Source of the DNA: a virus
Lineage: Duplodnaviria; Caudoviricetes
DNA length: 27,154 nt
Strand: one strand, 5' to 3'
Virus record (IMG/VR): IMGVR_UViG_3300005805_000383
Coordinates: 1-27,154 of that record
The notes beneath the pieces were generated by a model. It was given only the letters and a program-made list of their open reading frames with translations. It searched no databases and was not told the origin of the DNA. Position 1 is the first letter of the stretch. Each line of letters starts with the position of its first letter. Position numbers and translations under genes: made by a program. Positions 9,878 to 19,376 of this stretch are shown piece after piece.

Positions 9878-10287
9878 TGGCGCTCTCATTCCCATCAACC
9901 CCGTCGCTCAACCAAGAAACCACCACAGGCGGCCGCACCTACCGCTGGAACGGTGAGGCGTGGGAGCTTGTCGGCAGCGGCATCCCTGGTGCTACTGGGC
10001 CGACCGGCGCGGCAGGCGTGACTGGCCCATCCGGCGGGCCTACTGGGCCAACCGGCCCAAAGGGTGAGGATGGATTCGTTGGCAGCAACGGAGCCACTGG
10101 GCCAACCGGCCCAGCTGGCGGACCTACTGGCGAAGTCGGGCCAACTGGGCCGACCGGCGCAAGCGTGACAGGGCCGGCAGGTGCAGCGTCGACGGTCACT
10201 GGCCCAACGGGCGCTCAGGGCGCTACCGGGCCAACAGGAGCGACGCCGGCAGGCTTGCCAGGGGTGGTAGCGTTCCTGTTGTCATGA
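9877..10287 (+). CDS. collagen-like fibre protein 3
   Basis: N-terminal FPSTPSLNQ…YRWNGEAW module, GPT repeats, and hydrophobic C-terminus VVAFLLS. Confidence 0.8.
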   Translation: MALSFPSTPSLNQETTTGGRTYRWNGEAWELVGSGIPGATGPTGAAGVTGPSGGPTGPTGPKGEDGFVGSNGATGPTGPAGGPTGEVGPTGPTGASVTGPAGAASTVTGPTGAQGATGPTGATPAGLPGVVAFLLS

Positions 10288-11393
10288 CGACGACAGAGCA
10301 TCTCACGGCCCTCGCCATCCACGCCTACTACTGCGGCGAGCTTGACGCAGGCCGCCGCGCCTGCGAGCGGTTGCTTTCCGAGCCGCTGTCATGGGAGGTG
10401 GAGATGCAGACGCGAACAAACCGCCTCTGGTATCAGACGCCGCTGGATGAGTTGGCCCGCTGCCGGTTCCGTCGCATCGACGTCGAGCCCGCCCACGAGG
10501 GCTGGTCGCTGTTCAATCCGACCCTGCTGGTCGTGCATGGCACGCTCTACGGCATCGTGCGGTCGTCCAACTACAAGATCGTCGACGGCCGCTACGTGAT
10601 GCCAGAGGCTGACGGGAACACGATCCGCACCGACAACCTGCTCGTGCGGTTCGACGCCGACCTGGCCGTGGCCGACTGCCGTGGCATCCGGCTGCCCGAC
10701 TACCCGACCACCGACTACCCGGTCACTGGCCTCGAGGACTGCCGGCTGCGGCATACCAAAAATGGTACAGGCGTGTCGGCAACAATCCGCAATGCGTCGC
10801 CCTTCGATGGCCGCTGCCGGATCGCCACGGCCGACCTCGACCTCGACACGGCCACGCTCTCCAATCTCGTCGTGCTCGACAGCCTTTCGGTGCAGGAGCA
10901 TGAAAAGAACTGGATGCCCATAGTGGGAAATTCCCACCACGGCGGCTGGCTCTATGCCGTATGCCATGACGGGCACACCGTCACGGTCGATCCAGACACG
11001 CGGCTGCCGGGTGCGTATCTCATGCACCGTCGCCAGCCGGCTCCGCACATCGCCAGGCAGTTTCGCGGTGGCGGGCAGTGCGTGGCATTCAATGGCGGCT
11101 ACCTCGCGGTGATCCACGAAGTGGCGAGCATCGGTGGCCAAAGGGCCTACGAGCATCGCCTGTGCTGGTTCGACAATGCCCTCGCCTTGCGGCGGATCTC
11201 GCGGCCGTTCGCGTTTCGAGAACCACGGGCGATCGAGTTTGCCGCAGGGCTGGCGGTGGTCGGTGAATCGGTGGTCATGAGCTTTGGCGTGCGGGATGCC
11301 GAGGCGTGGCTGGTCGAGGTGCCGGCCGCAGACATTGAGATCATGCTGCATGGCATCGACCTTCCGAGCGAAACTGAGCAAAGCCCTCGCTGA
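10284..11393 (+). CDS. beta-propeller glyco-enzyme (GH43/GH130/Bmt-like fold) with short helical N-terminus
   Basis: [32 protein letters not shown] and SFGVRD motifs recalled from five-bladed propeller glycoside hydrolase/phosphorylase/mannosyltransferase proteins. Confidence 0.6.
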   Translation: MTTTEHLTALAIHAYYCGELDAGRRACERLLSEPLSWEVEMQTRTNRLWYQTPLDELARCRFRRIDVEPAHEGWSLFNPTLLVVHGTLYGIVRSSNYKIVDGRYVMPEADGNTIRTDNLLVRFDADLAVADCRGIRLPDYPTTDYPVTGLEDCRLRHTKNGTGVSATIRNASPFDGRCRIATADLDLDTATLSNLVVLDSLSVQEHEKNWMPIVGNSHHGGWLYAVCHDGHTVTVDPDTRLPGAYLMHRRQPAPHIARQFRGGGQCVAFNGGYLAVIHEVASIGGQRAYEHRLCWFDNALALRRISRPFAFREPRAIEFAAGLAVVGESVVMSFGVRDAEAWLVEVPAADIEIMLHGIDLPSETEQSPR

Positions 11394-11898
11394 CGCCTGG
11401 CGTCCGCACGACTGGTTTTCGCTCAATCAGCAGGTCGAAAACCACTACTTCCACAAGGCCAGCGTGTGCGCCGACGTCCGCCCCCGGCGGGTCATTGAGA
11501 TCGGCACCCGCTGCGGGTACTCGCTCGTTTCGTTCGCTCTCGCCGCCCCCGACGCCCGCTATCTCTGCCTCGACGGAGCGATGGACGCTGACTCGTTCGA
11601 CTGCCTCGCCCACTGGCAGAGCGTGGTCGAACGCTGGGCCATCGACGCCAGCCTGATCGTCGTGGACACGGCGGCGGTCAAGAGCCTGCCCCCGGCGGAC
11701 TTCGCCCATGTCGACGGCGACCACTCGTTTGCCGGTGCCCTGCGGGATCTGCGGCTGGTCGCCGGCTGCAAGACCATCCTCGCAGACGACACATGCAATC
11801 CCGAGGTCAAGCGGGCGGTGGTGCAGTTTGCTAGCGAGCGTCACCGCCGCGTCGACTGGCACCATGACGGCCTGCGGGAATCGGCGGTGCTGACATGA
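11350..11898 (+). CDS. class I SAM-dependent methyltransferase (Methyltransf_24-like)
   Basis: VIEIGTRCGYS motif I and DFAHVDGDHS…DD motifs; likely start ATG 11350. Confidence 0.8.
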   Translation: MASTFRAKLSKALADAWRPHDWFSLNQQVENHYFHKASVCADVRPRRVIEIGTRCGYSLVSFALAAPDARYLCLDGAMDADSFDCLAHWQSVVERWAIDASLIVVDTAAVKSLPPADFAHVDGDHSFAGALRDLRLVAGCKTILADDTCNPEVKRAVVQFASERHRRVDWHHDGLRESAVLT

Positions 11899-12944
11899 GG
11901 ATCGCCGTCTACGCCCTGGCGAAGAACGAAGCCAAGCACGCCGTCGAGTGGGCGGAATCCTGCGCCGACGCCGACGTGCGGATCGTGACCGATACCGGGA
12001 GCACCGACGGCACGCAAGGCATCCTCATGCAACAGGGTGTAACGGTGTGCAACGGCTACGTCGTGCCGTGGCGGTGGGACGACGCCCACAACCTCTCGCT
12101 CAACCACGTGCCGCCAGACGTCGACGTGTGCATCCGGCTCGATCTCGACGAGCGGCTGCAGCCCGGTTGGCGACAGGCAGTCGAGACGGCATGGACGGGC
12201 GACGTGAACCAGCTGCGGTATCGGTACGTGTGGTCGTGGACGCAAGACGGCAAGCCGGGGCTAGAGTTCCTGTGCGACCGGGTGCACGCCCGCCACGGGT
12301 TCCGCTGGTCTGCCCCGACGCACGAGGGCCTCGTGTGCTGGACTGGCGACCGCGTGCAGGCCATGGCACCGGGGCTGGAGATTCACCACCACCGCGACGC
12401 CGGCAAGAAGCACAAGACCGACCTGGAACTACTGCGGGTGGCGGTCCGCGAGGCTCCGCACGATGCCCGAGCCAACTGGTATCTGGCCCGTGAGATGGAC
12501 TACGCGGGCCTGCCCGAGGCGGCCGACGCCTTCCTGACATACGTCAAGTTGCCCGGCGGCAACCCGACGGAGCAAGCCTACGCATATCGGGCGCTATGGC
12601 GACTACGGTCTGACGAATCGTTCCTAGTGCAAGGTGCCGAGGCATCGCCCGACGAGCCCGAGGCGTGGCAGCTGTTGGCGTTCGTGCACTACTGCCGCAA
12701 GGACTGGCGGAAGGTCATTGAGTACGCCCGCAAGGCGATCGCTGCCAATGCTCCGATGACGCACGCGAGCGATCCGACGGCCAAGACGAAGGCGTGGGAT
12801 CTGCTGGCCGTTGCCCTGTGGGAACTCGGCGAGCGGCCGGAGGCCCTCCACGCGGCACGCGAGGCCGTGGCACGATGCCCTGACGACCCGCGGCTGACCG
12901 GCAACGTCGCCTCTATGGAGCGGATTCTCTCTGTCGCCGCATGA
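11895..12944 (+). CDS. GT2 glycosyltransferase with C-terminal TPR-like region
   Basis: AKNE, DTGSTDGT, LDLDE (DxD) and THE motifs; helical WYLARE…AWDLLAVALW repeats. Confidence 0.85.
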   Translation: MRIAVYALAKNEAKHAVEWAESCADADVRIVTDTGSTDGTQGILMQQGVTVCNGYVVPWRWDDAHNLSLNHVPPDVDVCIRLDLDERLQPGWRQAVETAWTGDVNQLRYRYVWSWTQDGKPGLEFLCDRVHARHGFRWSAPTHEGLVCWTGDRVQAMAPGLEIHHHRDAGKKHKTDLELLRVAVREAPHDARANWYLAREMDYAGLPEAADAFLTYVKLPGGNPTEQAYAYRALWRLRSDESFLVQGAEASPDEPEAWQLLAFVHYCRKDWRKVIEYARKAIAANAPMTHASDPTAKTKAWDLLAVALWELGERPEALHAAREAVARCPDDPRLTGNVASMERILSVAA

Positions 12945-13399
12945 GCAACAAGCTCCGCACCATCGCCGACGCCCTCGCTGATGGGCTTGATGGCGTCACG
13001 TGGTCGATTGCCAATACCACGGTTGAGCGAAAAAACTGGGTCACGATCGACCTCGAGGACATGAAAAACCCGGTCATCTATGTGGTGCCAGGCAACGCCG
13101 AGATCACGCGGGTCAGCCGCAGCGTGTCGCAGATTGAGTATCTCGTCAACGTCTTCATCGGGCGGCACGTGCAGACCGATCAGGAAGTCGACGGGATGCT
13201 TGACATGGCCGACGCCTTGCTGCTTCATGTTCGGGCACACGACTTTGCCGGCGTGACGTGGCCGGCGGGCGTGACCAGCCCGCAGAGCGTCAGCATCACG
13301 CTCAATCCCGACGACGCCTTGAACGATCGCAACGCCTGGCGGGCGGTCATCGAGGCCCGCTACATCGTCTTCGAGGCCGACACGCTACCGGAGGAGTGA
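12941..13399 (+). CDS. probable tail terminator / tail completion protein
   Basis: 152 aa, acidic, upstream of the tail tube genes. Called on synteny. Confidence 0.55.
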   Translation: MSNKLRTIADALADGLDGVTWSIANTTVERKNWVTIDLEDMKNPVIYVVPGNAEITRVSRSVSQIEYLVNVFIGRHVQTDQEVDGMLDMADALLLHVRAHDFAGVTWPAGVTSPQSVSITLNPDDALNDRNAWRAVIEARYIVFEADTLPEE

Positions 13400-14055
13400 T
13401 GGCATCCATCGGCTCCCTGCTTTCTCGCGGCTCTCTGGTTCCCAATGGTGCCGGCGGGTGGAAGGTGCAACTGAGCACCAAGTTCAAATGGGAGGAAAAG
13501 CGTCTCCGGCAGAAGGTTGGCGAGGCCCGAGCCAAGGCCCTCAAGAACGTCGGCCTTTTGGTCAAGGGCAAGACGCAGCGGGAGATGAGCAACCGGGCAC
13601 CGCGAAAGCGGCCGGTCAACGTAAAGATCGGCACGCGGTTTGGGTTCGACCTGATTGCACAAATCGAGCGGGTGCCAAAGAGCGACCGCGTCACCAGCTG
13701 GAAAACGGCACGCCATCCGAAGGGCTTCCTGCGGCAGGACGTGCAGAGCGACTACGACTTCAAGTCGGGCTCGGTCGTGGTCGGGCCTGCCAAGCGACCC
13801 GCGATCAACCAGCTGCTGGAGTTCGGTGGCCCGTCGAAGCGGTATTTCGTACCGATCGCCAAGCGGTCGCGCGGCAAGAAGGTCTACGGCTATCTCGCCA
13901 ATGTGCCGCCCCGGATCAAGGGCACCCGCGACCGGCAGAGCGGCCTGTATTCGTTCAACACGACCATCAAGCCGCGCGGCTTCATGGCCAAGGGATTGAA
14001 GGTGTCGCTGGCCAAGATTCCAGCGCAGTTCAAGGACCAGATCAAGGGTCCGTAG
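13399..14055 (+). CDS. basic neck/tail completion protein (HK97 gp10 / lambda gpZ-like position)
   Basis: Very Lys/Arg-rich with VVVGP, LLEFGG and PRGFM motifs; GAGGAG RBS and TGATG overlap at 13399. Confidence 0.6.
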   Translation: MASIGSLLSRGSLVPNGAGGWKVQLSTKFKWEEKRLRQKVGEARAKALKNVGLLVKGKTQREMSNRAPRKRPVNVKIGTRFGFDLIAQIERVPKSDRVTSWKTARHPKGFLRQDVQSDYDFKSGSVVVGPAKRPAINQLLEFGGPSKRYFVPIAKRSRGKKVYGYLANVPPRIKGTRDRQSGLYSFNTTIKPRGFMAKGLKVSLAKIPAQFKDQIKGP

Positions 14056-14060
14056 CGGTG

Positions 14061-14099
14061 CCACACCCCCTCTAGGCCGACCGCTTTCGCTCCTAGTTT
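14061..14099 (+). promoter_or_regulatory. putative late promoter copy 3: CCACACCCCCT-N22-TAGTTT
   Basis: Same 11-mer. Followed by a leader hairpin GCCGCC-ACG-GGCGGC (14109-14123) and GAGGAG before ATG 14146. Confidence 0.6.
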
Positions 14100-14145
14100 G
14101 GACGCATCGCCGCCACGGGCGGCCACCGTCCACGAGGAGCCTCTC

Positions 14146-14469
14146 ATGCCCACCGTCACGCTCGGGAAAGACGTCACGATTGGCGGCGTCAATAACGCCC
14201 GATCCTGCACCGTCACCAACTCCGCAGCCGAAATCGACGTCACCAAGTTCGGCGACACCAGCCGCCGGTTCCGCAAGGCGCTCATTGAGCAGACCTGCGA
14301 ACTGGAGTGTGTGGACGATCCCGGCGTCGATGCCGGCGACACGTTCACGCTGACCGGCACCGACACCGGTGCGAGCGTCGACTACGTCGTCACCAGCGTC
14401 GCCAAGAGCGACCCCATCGACGGCATCAGCACCTACACCGTCTCGGCCACGCGGACCGAGCAGACCTGA
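14146..14469 (+). CDS. tail tube-like protein, paralogue 1
   Basis: TLGKD N-terminus, EIDVT and IDG..TYTV motifs; lies before the chaperone and tape measure genes. Confidence 0.65.
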   Translation: MPTVTLGKDVTIGGVNNARSCTVTNSAAEIDVTKFGDTSRRFRKALIEQTCELECVDDPGVDAGDTFTLTGTDTGASVDYVVTSVAKSDPIDGISTYTVSATRTEQT

Positions 14470-14493
14470 CCACTCGCAAACAGGAACAGTCAC

Positions 14494-14811
14494 ATGGCCA
14501 TTTCTCTCGGCAAGGACGGCACGTCTCCTCCGTTTGGCTCCGGCATCATCTCGGCGACCTACACCGAAGAGCAGGAAGTCGTCGACATCACCAACCGCTC
14601 TAACCACGGCGGCGCGACCGGCGCTCCCGGCTACCGCGTCAATGCGGCCGGCTTCAAGACGAAGACGTGGGAGATTGAGTGCCACGACGCCACGGGCGTG
14701 ATCGCCCAGCTCGAGACGCAGGGGGCCACCGGATTCATGGTGATGGGCGTAACGGAGAACATCAGCATCGACGGGGCCGTGACGTTCACGATCACCGCAC
14801 GGGAAGCCTGA
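14494..14811 (+). CDS. tail tube-like protein, paralogue 2
   Basis: SLGKD, EVVDIT and IDGAVTFTI motifs. Confidence 0.65.
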   Translation: MAISLGKDGTSPPFGSGIISATYTEEQEVVDITNRSNHGGATGAPGYRVNAAGFKTKTWEIECHDATGVIAQLETQGATGFMVMGVTENISIDGAVTFTITAREA

Positions 14812-14814
14812 TCC

Positions 14815-15183
14815 GTGGCCATCACGCTCGGGAAGGACGTTGCGGTGAGCATCGGCGGCAATGTCGCCAGTGCCCGCAACGCCACCTTCTCCTACAGCGT
14901 GAACACCATCGACATCGGCGAGTACGGCGTGCGGACAGCCGCCGTCTATCCGATTTCGTACACGGGCTCTGTGGCCATTGAGTTCAACGATTCCAGCGAT
15001 CTTGGCACGCTCTATTCGATGATCACCGCCGGCACCGAGATCACGGTGTCTGGCGGCGCGGGGGCCTGGAGCTTCCCGGCAGTGGTCACGAGTGCGAGTG
15101 AGACGGCTGGGATCGACGGTGTGGCGACCTTCACGGTGGAGGCCCAGATGACGCGGCTAGGCACAAGGGTGATTGCTCCATGA
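14815..15183 (+). CDS. tail tube-like protein, paralogue 3
   Basis: TLGKD, TIDI and IDGVATFTV motifs; GTG start. Confidence 0.65.
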   Translation: MAITLGKDVAVSIGGNVASARNATFSYSVNTIDIGEYGVRTAAVYPISYTGSVAIEFNDSSDLGTLYSMITAGTEITVSGGAGAWSFPAVVTSASETAGIDGVATFTVEAQMTRLGTRVIAP

Positions 15184-15758
15184 GAGAGTTTCGTGACGAC
15201 CAGGGGCGGCCATGGATGGTCGCCCTGACGGTGGCGGCGGCCGATCGTGTGCGTGGCACCGTCACGCTCGACGTGCCAGAAGACGTCGAGCAGCCCGACG
15301 GCAGCGTGAGGCGGCAGACACGCACAGTGCCATTCGACCTGATCGACGCCGGCAACATCTCCCGCACCCTCGAGGTGCTCCGCAGCCAGTACGGCAAGAT
15401 CGGCGAGGTGCTCTACGCCATCTGCCGTGGGCAGTGCGATGAAAAGAAGATCACAAAGGATCAGTTTCTGGACGGGCTCCGCGGCGACGCCCTCGACGCC
15501 GGGGTGAAAGCCCTGGAGCAGGAGCTCGTCGATTTTTTCCCGCAGCGCCTCCGCAGGATGGTCGGGCTCCTCGTCACGAAGATGGACGAGATGGCCGGCG
15601 AGCTGCTCGCCAAGGCGGAGGCGGGTCTGGAAGCGGCGACGGTGGAGACCCTGCTAGGACAGTCTGGCACACCATCTACGAGGCTGCCGGAATCATCGGA
15701 TGCCACCCCGGAGAGTGGACCCTCCGAAACCTCCTCATTGCCCGCGACAGCCGCCTAG
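15180..15758 (+). CDS. tail assembly chaperone (gpG-like)
   Basis: Between the tube and tape measure genes; contains the slippery T TTT TTC in-frame at DFFP. Confidence 0.75.
   Translation: MREFRDDQGRPWMVALTVAAADRVRGTVTLDVPEDVEQPDGSVRRQTRTVPFDLIDAGNISRTLEVLRSQYGKIGEVLYAICRGQCDEKKITKDQFLDGLRGDALDAGVKALEQELVDFFPQRLRRMVGLLVTKMDEMAGELLAKAEAGLEAATVETLLGQSGTPSTRLPESSDATPESGPSETSSLPATAA
15533..15539 (+). other. -1 programmed ribosomal frameshift slippery heptamer T TTT TTC
   Basis: X XXY YYZ pattern in the correct phase; the -1 frame is open from 15539 to TGA 15938-15940. Confidence 0.8.
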
Positions 15759-15940
15759 AGATGGATTGGTGGCACACCGCCAACCTGCTCGCCCAAAACG
15801 CCAACATCAACCGACCAAAGCACGCCCCCGCAACCGACCCCGGAAAACTCAACCCATTCGCCAAGAAGGCCAAGGCACGCCAGGCATCGCCCGAGGAGAT
15901 CCAGCGGCTGCTAGGTCCTGATTGGCAAAAGTACGTCTGA
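15539..15940 (+). CDS. -1 frame extension of the tail chaperone (gpGT-like, ~253 aa fusion)
   Basis: Manual translation …VWHTIYEAAGIIGCHPGEWTLRNLL…DWWHTANLLAQNANINR…LNPF…KYV*; ends 12 nt before the tape measure start. Confidence 0.75.
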   Translation, partial: PAAPPQDGRAPRHEDGRDGRRAARQGGGGSGSGDGGDPARTVWHTIYEAAGIIGCHPGEWTLRNLLIARDSRLEMDWWHTANLLAQNANINRPKHAPATDPGKLNPFAKKAKARQASPEEIQRLLGPDWQKYV

Positions 15941-15952
15941 CGAGGAAACGAG

Positions 15953-18061
15953 ATGGCAGCAGCGTCAGGCATTCGGATGGGCAAGGTCTTCGTCGAAATC
16001 GGCGCAGACCCAAGCAAATTCTTTGCCGCTGTAGGCAAGCTCAATAAGAGCATCGGCAAGATCGGCTCGTCGATGCAGTCGTTTGGCACGAAGATGACCG
16101 CATTGGGCGGCGCTGTCGTGGCTCCCATGTTTGCGTCGGCGATGGCGTTTGCCAACGTAGGCAGCGCCCTCAACGACATGAGCAAGCGCACCGGCGTGGC
16201 GACCGAGGCGCTGTCGGTCCTGCAGTTCGCGGCAGAGCAGACCGGCACCGACATGGGCAGCGTCGAAGGTGCCCTCAAGAAAATGCAAAAGGCGATCTTT
16301 GCGGCCAGTGATGGCAGCAAGGAGGCCGCTGACGCCCTGGCGATGGTTGGGCTGACGGCCAGCGACTTGGCTGGGCTGTCTGCCGACGAGCAGATGGGCA
16401 AGATCGCCGACGGGCTCATGGCGATCCAAGACCCTGGCGTGCGTGCCGCAGTCGCCATGCAAATCTTTGGCAAGTCGGGCACGGCAATCCTGCCGATGCT
16501 CGAAGGCGGTGCCGCTGGCATGGCGGCATTCGCCGACGAGGCCAAGCGGCTTGGGTTGGTGATGGATTCCGAGACGGCGGCGAAGGCTGACGCGCTGGGC
16601 GATGCCGTCGACTCGCTCAAGGCGTCGATGAAGATGGCCTTCATCCAAGTCGGCTCGGCGATTGCGCCGATCCTGACGGAGTTGGCACGCAACCTAGCAA
16701 TGATTTCTGCAAGCGTCGGAGTTTTTATCCGCGATAACCAAGAAATGGTCGTGGCTGCTGCTGGCTCCGCCGTGAAGTTTACCGCCCTTGGTGTGGCAAT
16801 CTATGCAGTCGGCAAGGCCTTAGCCCTTCTTAGTGGCGGGCTTGCGATCCTGCTGTCGCCGATAGGGGCGCTTGCTGCTGTCATTGGGGTTGTTGCCGTA
16901 AAGAGCGGCTTTGCTGAGGGGGCGATGAACGACCTTTCCGCAACTGCCAAGTCTGTCGGCGGCAGTATTGTCGAAGCGCTGGCGGCCGGAGATTTTGCAA
17001 AGGCTTGGATTTATGCGATTGCCGCAGTTGAAGAAGCTCTGCTCCGAATGCGCAGGACGTTTGACAAAACGATTCAGCGGCCGATCAACCTTACGGCCAT
17101 CAAAGTTGCCGCCGCGCCTCGTTTTTCAGAGCTCATGGACCAGATCAATCCTGGCGTGAAGGCGTGGCAATTCGGTGCTGGCGAAAACGAAAAGAGGCGA
17201 GCGCAAGTAGCAACGCAGCTCGCCGACGCATCAAACGAGCAGCAGTTTATTGCGGCGCGTGATCTTGCCAACGCAGAGATTGCAACCGCGCAGGCGGAAG
17301 GAAATGAGCAGATTGCCGCAGGATTCAAGAGCCTGATCGAGGATGTCAGGCAACAGCTTGTGCAGGTTGGTGAGATTGGCGACGGATCCTTGGAGCGTGG
17401 GCTTGCGGAGATCCGGGCACGAGCAGAATCCAGAATTGCTGAGCTTGACGCACAACGCGCACGCGAATCCCGTGATACCAACATCTTCCGCGCCCAGGCA
17501 GACGACGTCATCGCACAAGCCGGCATGGCTCCCACAATGGATGCCATGCGGGCGTTGTCGGAAGAGTTCCATGCCCTGGCCGCCACCGGCAAGCTCTCGA
17601 CGGACCAGTTGAAAAAGTACGCCGATGCCGTGGACGTTTCGACAGATCGTCTCAGCGAAAACACATCCGTGGCTAACGCCGGCCCAGGTGTCAACGTGCT
17701 GAGGCCGCGGCGCGAGGAAGACGCAATGAACTGGCAGGCCGGCGACCTGCTTGGAAACATCCGGAAGGCCAAGACATCTGAGGATTTACTCGGGCTGATG
17801 GATGAGTTTGATGCCCTCAAACAGTTTGGGCGACTAACCGGCGATCAGGAGTCGGACATCGGCAATGCCATCTCTCAGGCATCGGCAATGATCTTGGGGC
17901 AAGAAAGGCAAAGCCCGGCCGAGGTTGCCGGCACCTTCTCCTCCATGGCGCTCGGCGGGCTTGGATTCGGCGGTAGCCTGGCCGTGCAGCAGCTGGCCGA
18001 GCAAAAGGAGACAAACAAGATCCTGCGAGAACGGCTAGCAGTTGGGGAGGTCGCAGCCTAA
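15953..18061 (+). CDS. tail tape measure protein
   Basis: 702-aa Ala-rich helical protein (GKVFVEIGAD, LNDMSKRTGV…LS.LQFAA, AMQIFGKSG); follows the chaperone. Confidence 0.9.
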   Translation: MAAASGIRMGKVFVEIGADPSKFFAAVGKLNKSIGKIGSSMQSFGTKMTALGGAVVAPMFASAMAFANVGSALNDMSKRTGVATEALSVLQFAAEQTGTDMGSVEGALKKMQKAIFAASDGSKEAADALAMVGLTASDLAGLSADEQMGKIADGLMAIQDPGVRAAVAMQIFGKSGTAILPMLEGGAAGMAAFADEAKRLGLVMDSETAAKADALGDAVDSLKASMKMAFIQVGSAIAPILTELARNLAMISASVGVFIRDNQEMVVAAAGSAVKFTALGVAIYAVGKALALLSGGLAILLSPIGALAAVIGVVAVKSGFAEGAMNDLSATAKSVGGSIVEALAAGDFAKAWIYAIAAVEEALLRMRRTFDKTIQRPINLTAIKVAAAPRFSELMDQINPGVKAWQFGAGENEKRRAQVATQLADASNEQQFIAARDLANAEIATAQAEGNEQIAAGFKSLIEDVRQQLVQVGEIGDGSLERGLAEIRARAESRIAELDAQRARESRDTNIFRAQADDVIAQAGMAPTMDAMRALSEEFHALAATGKLSTDQLKKYADAVDVSTDRLSENTSVANAGPGVNVLRPRREEDAMNWQAGDLLGNIRKAKTSEDLLGLMDEFDALKQFGRLTGDQESDIGNAISQASAMILGQERQSPAEVAGTFSSMALGGLGFGGSLAVQQLAEQKETNKILRERLAVGEVAA

Positions 18062-19023
18062 TGGCACTGGTCTGGGTCGAAGACAACGAATCCCGTTCCG
18101 CCACGATTGTGCGGTTGGGCAAGCGTGCCTCGAGCACGTACCAGAAAAGCTACAAGGTCTTCGGCACGACCAATGACGTCACGCTGCACGCCGAAGCCAA
18201 TACGAAGATCAGCAGCGAGCTCGCCTACTGGCAGTACCCTGGCCAGCCCAATGTGCAGCTGCGGGCCGAGAGTTACAGCGTCTCGTATCTGGGTGACGAT
18301 GCGTGGCAGGTCACGATCTCGTACGAGAAGACCGGTGCCGACGACGACACGCAGGCCGATCCGCTGCGGCGGTCGCGGTCGTTTGACACTGGCGGCGGCA
18401 CGCAGCACATCACGCAAAGCCCGCGGTATGACGACACGACCACGGCGGTGCTGGATGAGAGAACCGGGCTGCCAATCGTCACACGCACGGTAACTGGCGA
18501 GCGCAAGTACGGCCCAACCGGAGTGATGACGGCAGACCAGTTCGGTGCCATTGGCGTCGACGGCGACTCGGTGGCCGGCGTCGACATCGTCGTGCCGGCG
18601 TTGTCATGGACCGAGACCTACGACGTCCCCAGCGCGTACGTCACGGCCAACTATCTCAAGCGTGTCGCCTTCATGACCGGCACCGTGAACAACGCAGCCT
18701 TTCGCACGTTCCGCGCTGGCGAGGTGCTTTTCTTGGGCTGCTCTGGCTCGCAGGACTGGGACGCCGACAAGGGCGACGGCCCGTGGAACCTGGCCTACAA
18801 GTTCGTCGCCAGCCCGAATGCCGGCAACGGCGAGACGACCAAGGCTCTCAAGATTGGCGACATCGGCGGCATCGTGAAGAAGGGTCACGAGTACCTGTGG
18901 GTGAAATATGAATCCACGGTCGGCACGGGCTCGGCTGATCTGCTCAAGCGGCCAAAGTACGTGTACGTCAACGAGGTCTACGCCTCGAGCAACTTTGCCC
19001 AGCTGGGCATCGGGGTGACCTGA
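18061..19023 (+). CDS. probable distal tail / baseplate hub protein
   Basis: 320-aa beta-rich protein directly after the tape measure gene (TAATG overlap). Called on synteny. Confidence 0.55.
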   Translation: MALVWVEDNESRSATIVRLGKRASSTYQKSYKVFGTTNDVTLHAEANTKISSELAYWQYPGQPNVQLRAESYSVSYLGDDAWQVTISYEKTGADDDTQADPLRRSRSFDTGGGTQHITQSPRYDDTTTAVLDERTGLPIVTRTVTGERKYGPTGVMTADQFGAIGVDGDSVAGVDIVVPALSWTETYDVPSAYVTANYLKRVAFMTGTVNNAAFRTFRAGEVLFLGCSGSQDWDADKGDGPWNLAYKFVASPNAGNGETTKALKIGDIGGIVKKGHEYLWVKYESTVGTGSADLLKRPKYVYVNEVYASSNFAQLGIGVT

Positions 19024-19373
19024 TGAGTGGCCGCCCCGACGGACGCATCGAGAAAGGCCAGCGGATCGGCTCGGCGATCTCGGCTAGGGCGTGGAACCGG
19101 GCGCAGGATGCGGCCGATATCGTGCTGGGGGTGCGGCCGGGGGTGGAGGCTGGCTACTTCAGAGAGTCGCCGCACTATCTCGCCAAGACGTCAGCCGCGT
19201 GGACAAAAGGAACAAGCCAGACGCTCAACCTGTGGGCAGGCACGCCCGGCAGTGAGTCGCAGTTAAGCGATCAGGTCGTGGCGTGGAACAAGTTTGCCAC
19301 CGTGGCATCTGGCAAGTGGGTCATGCTCGCCAGATGCAATTCCACCTTCTATCTCGTTGCTGCTGAGTGCTAG
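19023..19373 (+). CDS. tail tip-associated hypothetical protein ending LVAAEC
   Basis: Coupled ORF in the tail-tip region. Confidence 0.6.
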   Translation: MSGRPDGRIEKGQRIGSAISARAWNRAQDAADIVLGVRPGVEAGYFRESPHYLAKTSAAWTKGTSQTLNLWAGTPGSESQLSDQVVAWNKFATVASGKWVMLARCNSTFYLVAAEC

Positions 19374-19376
19374 GCC

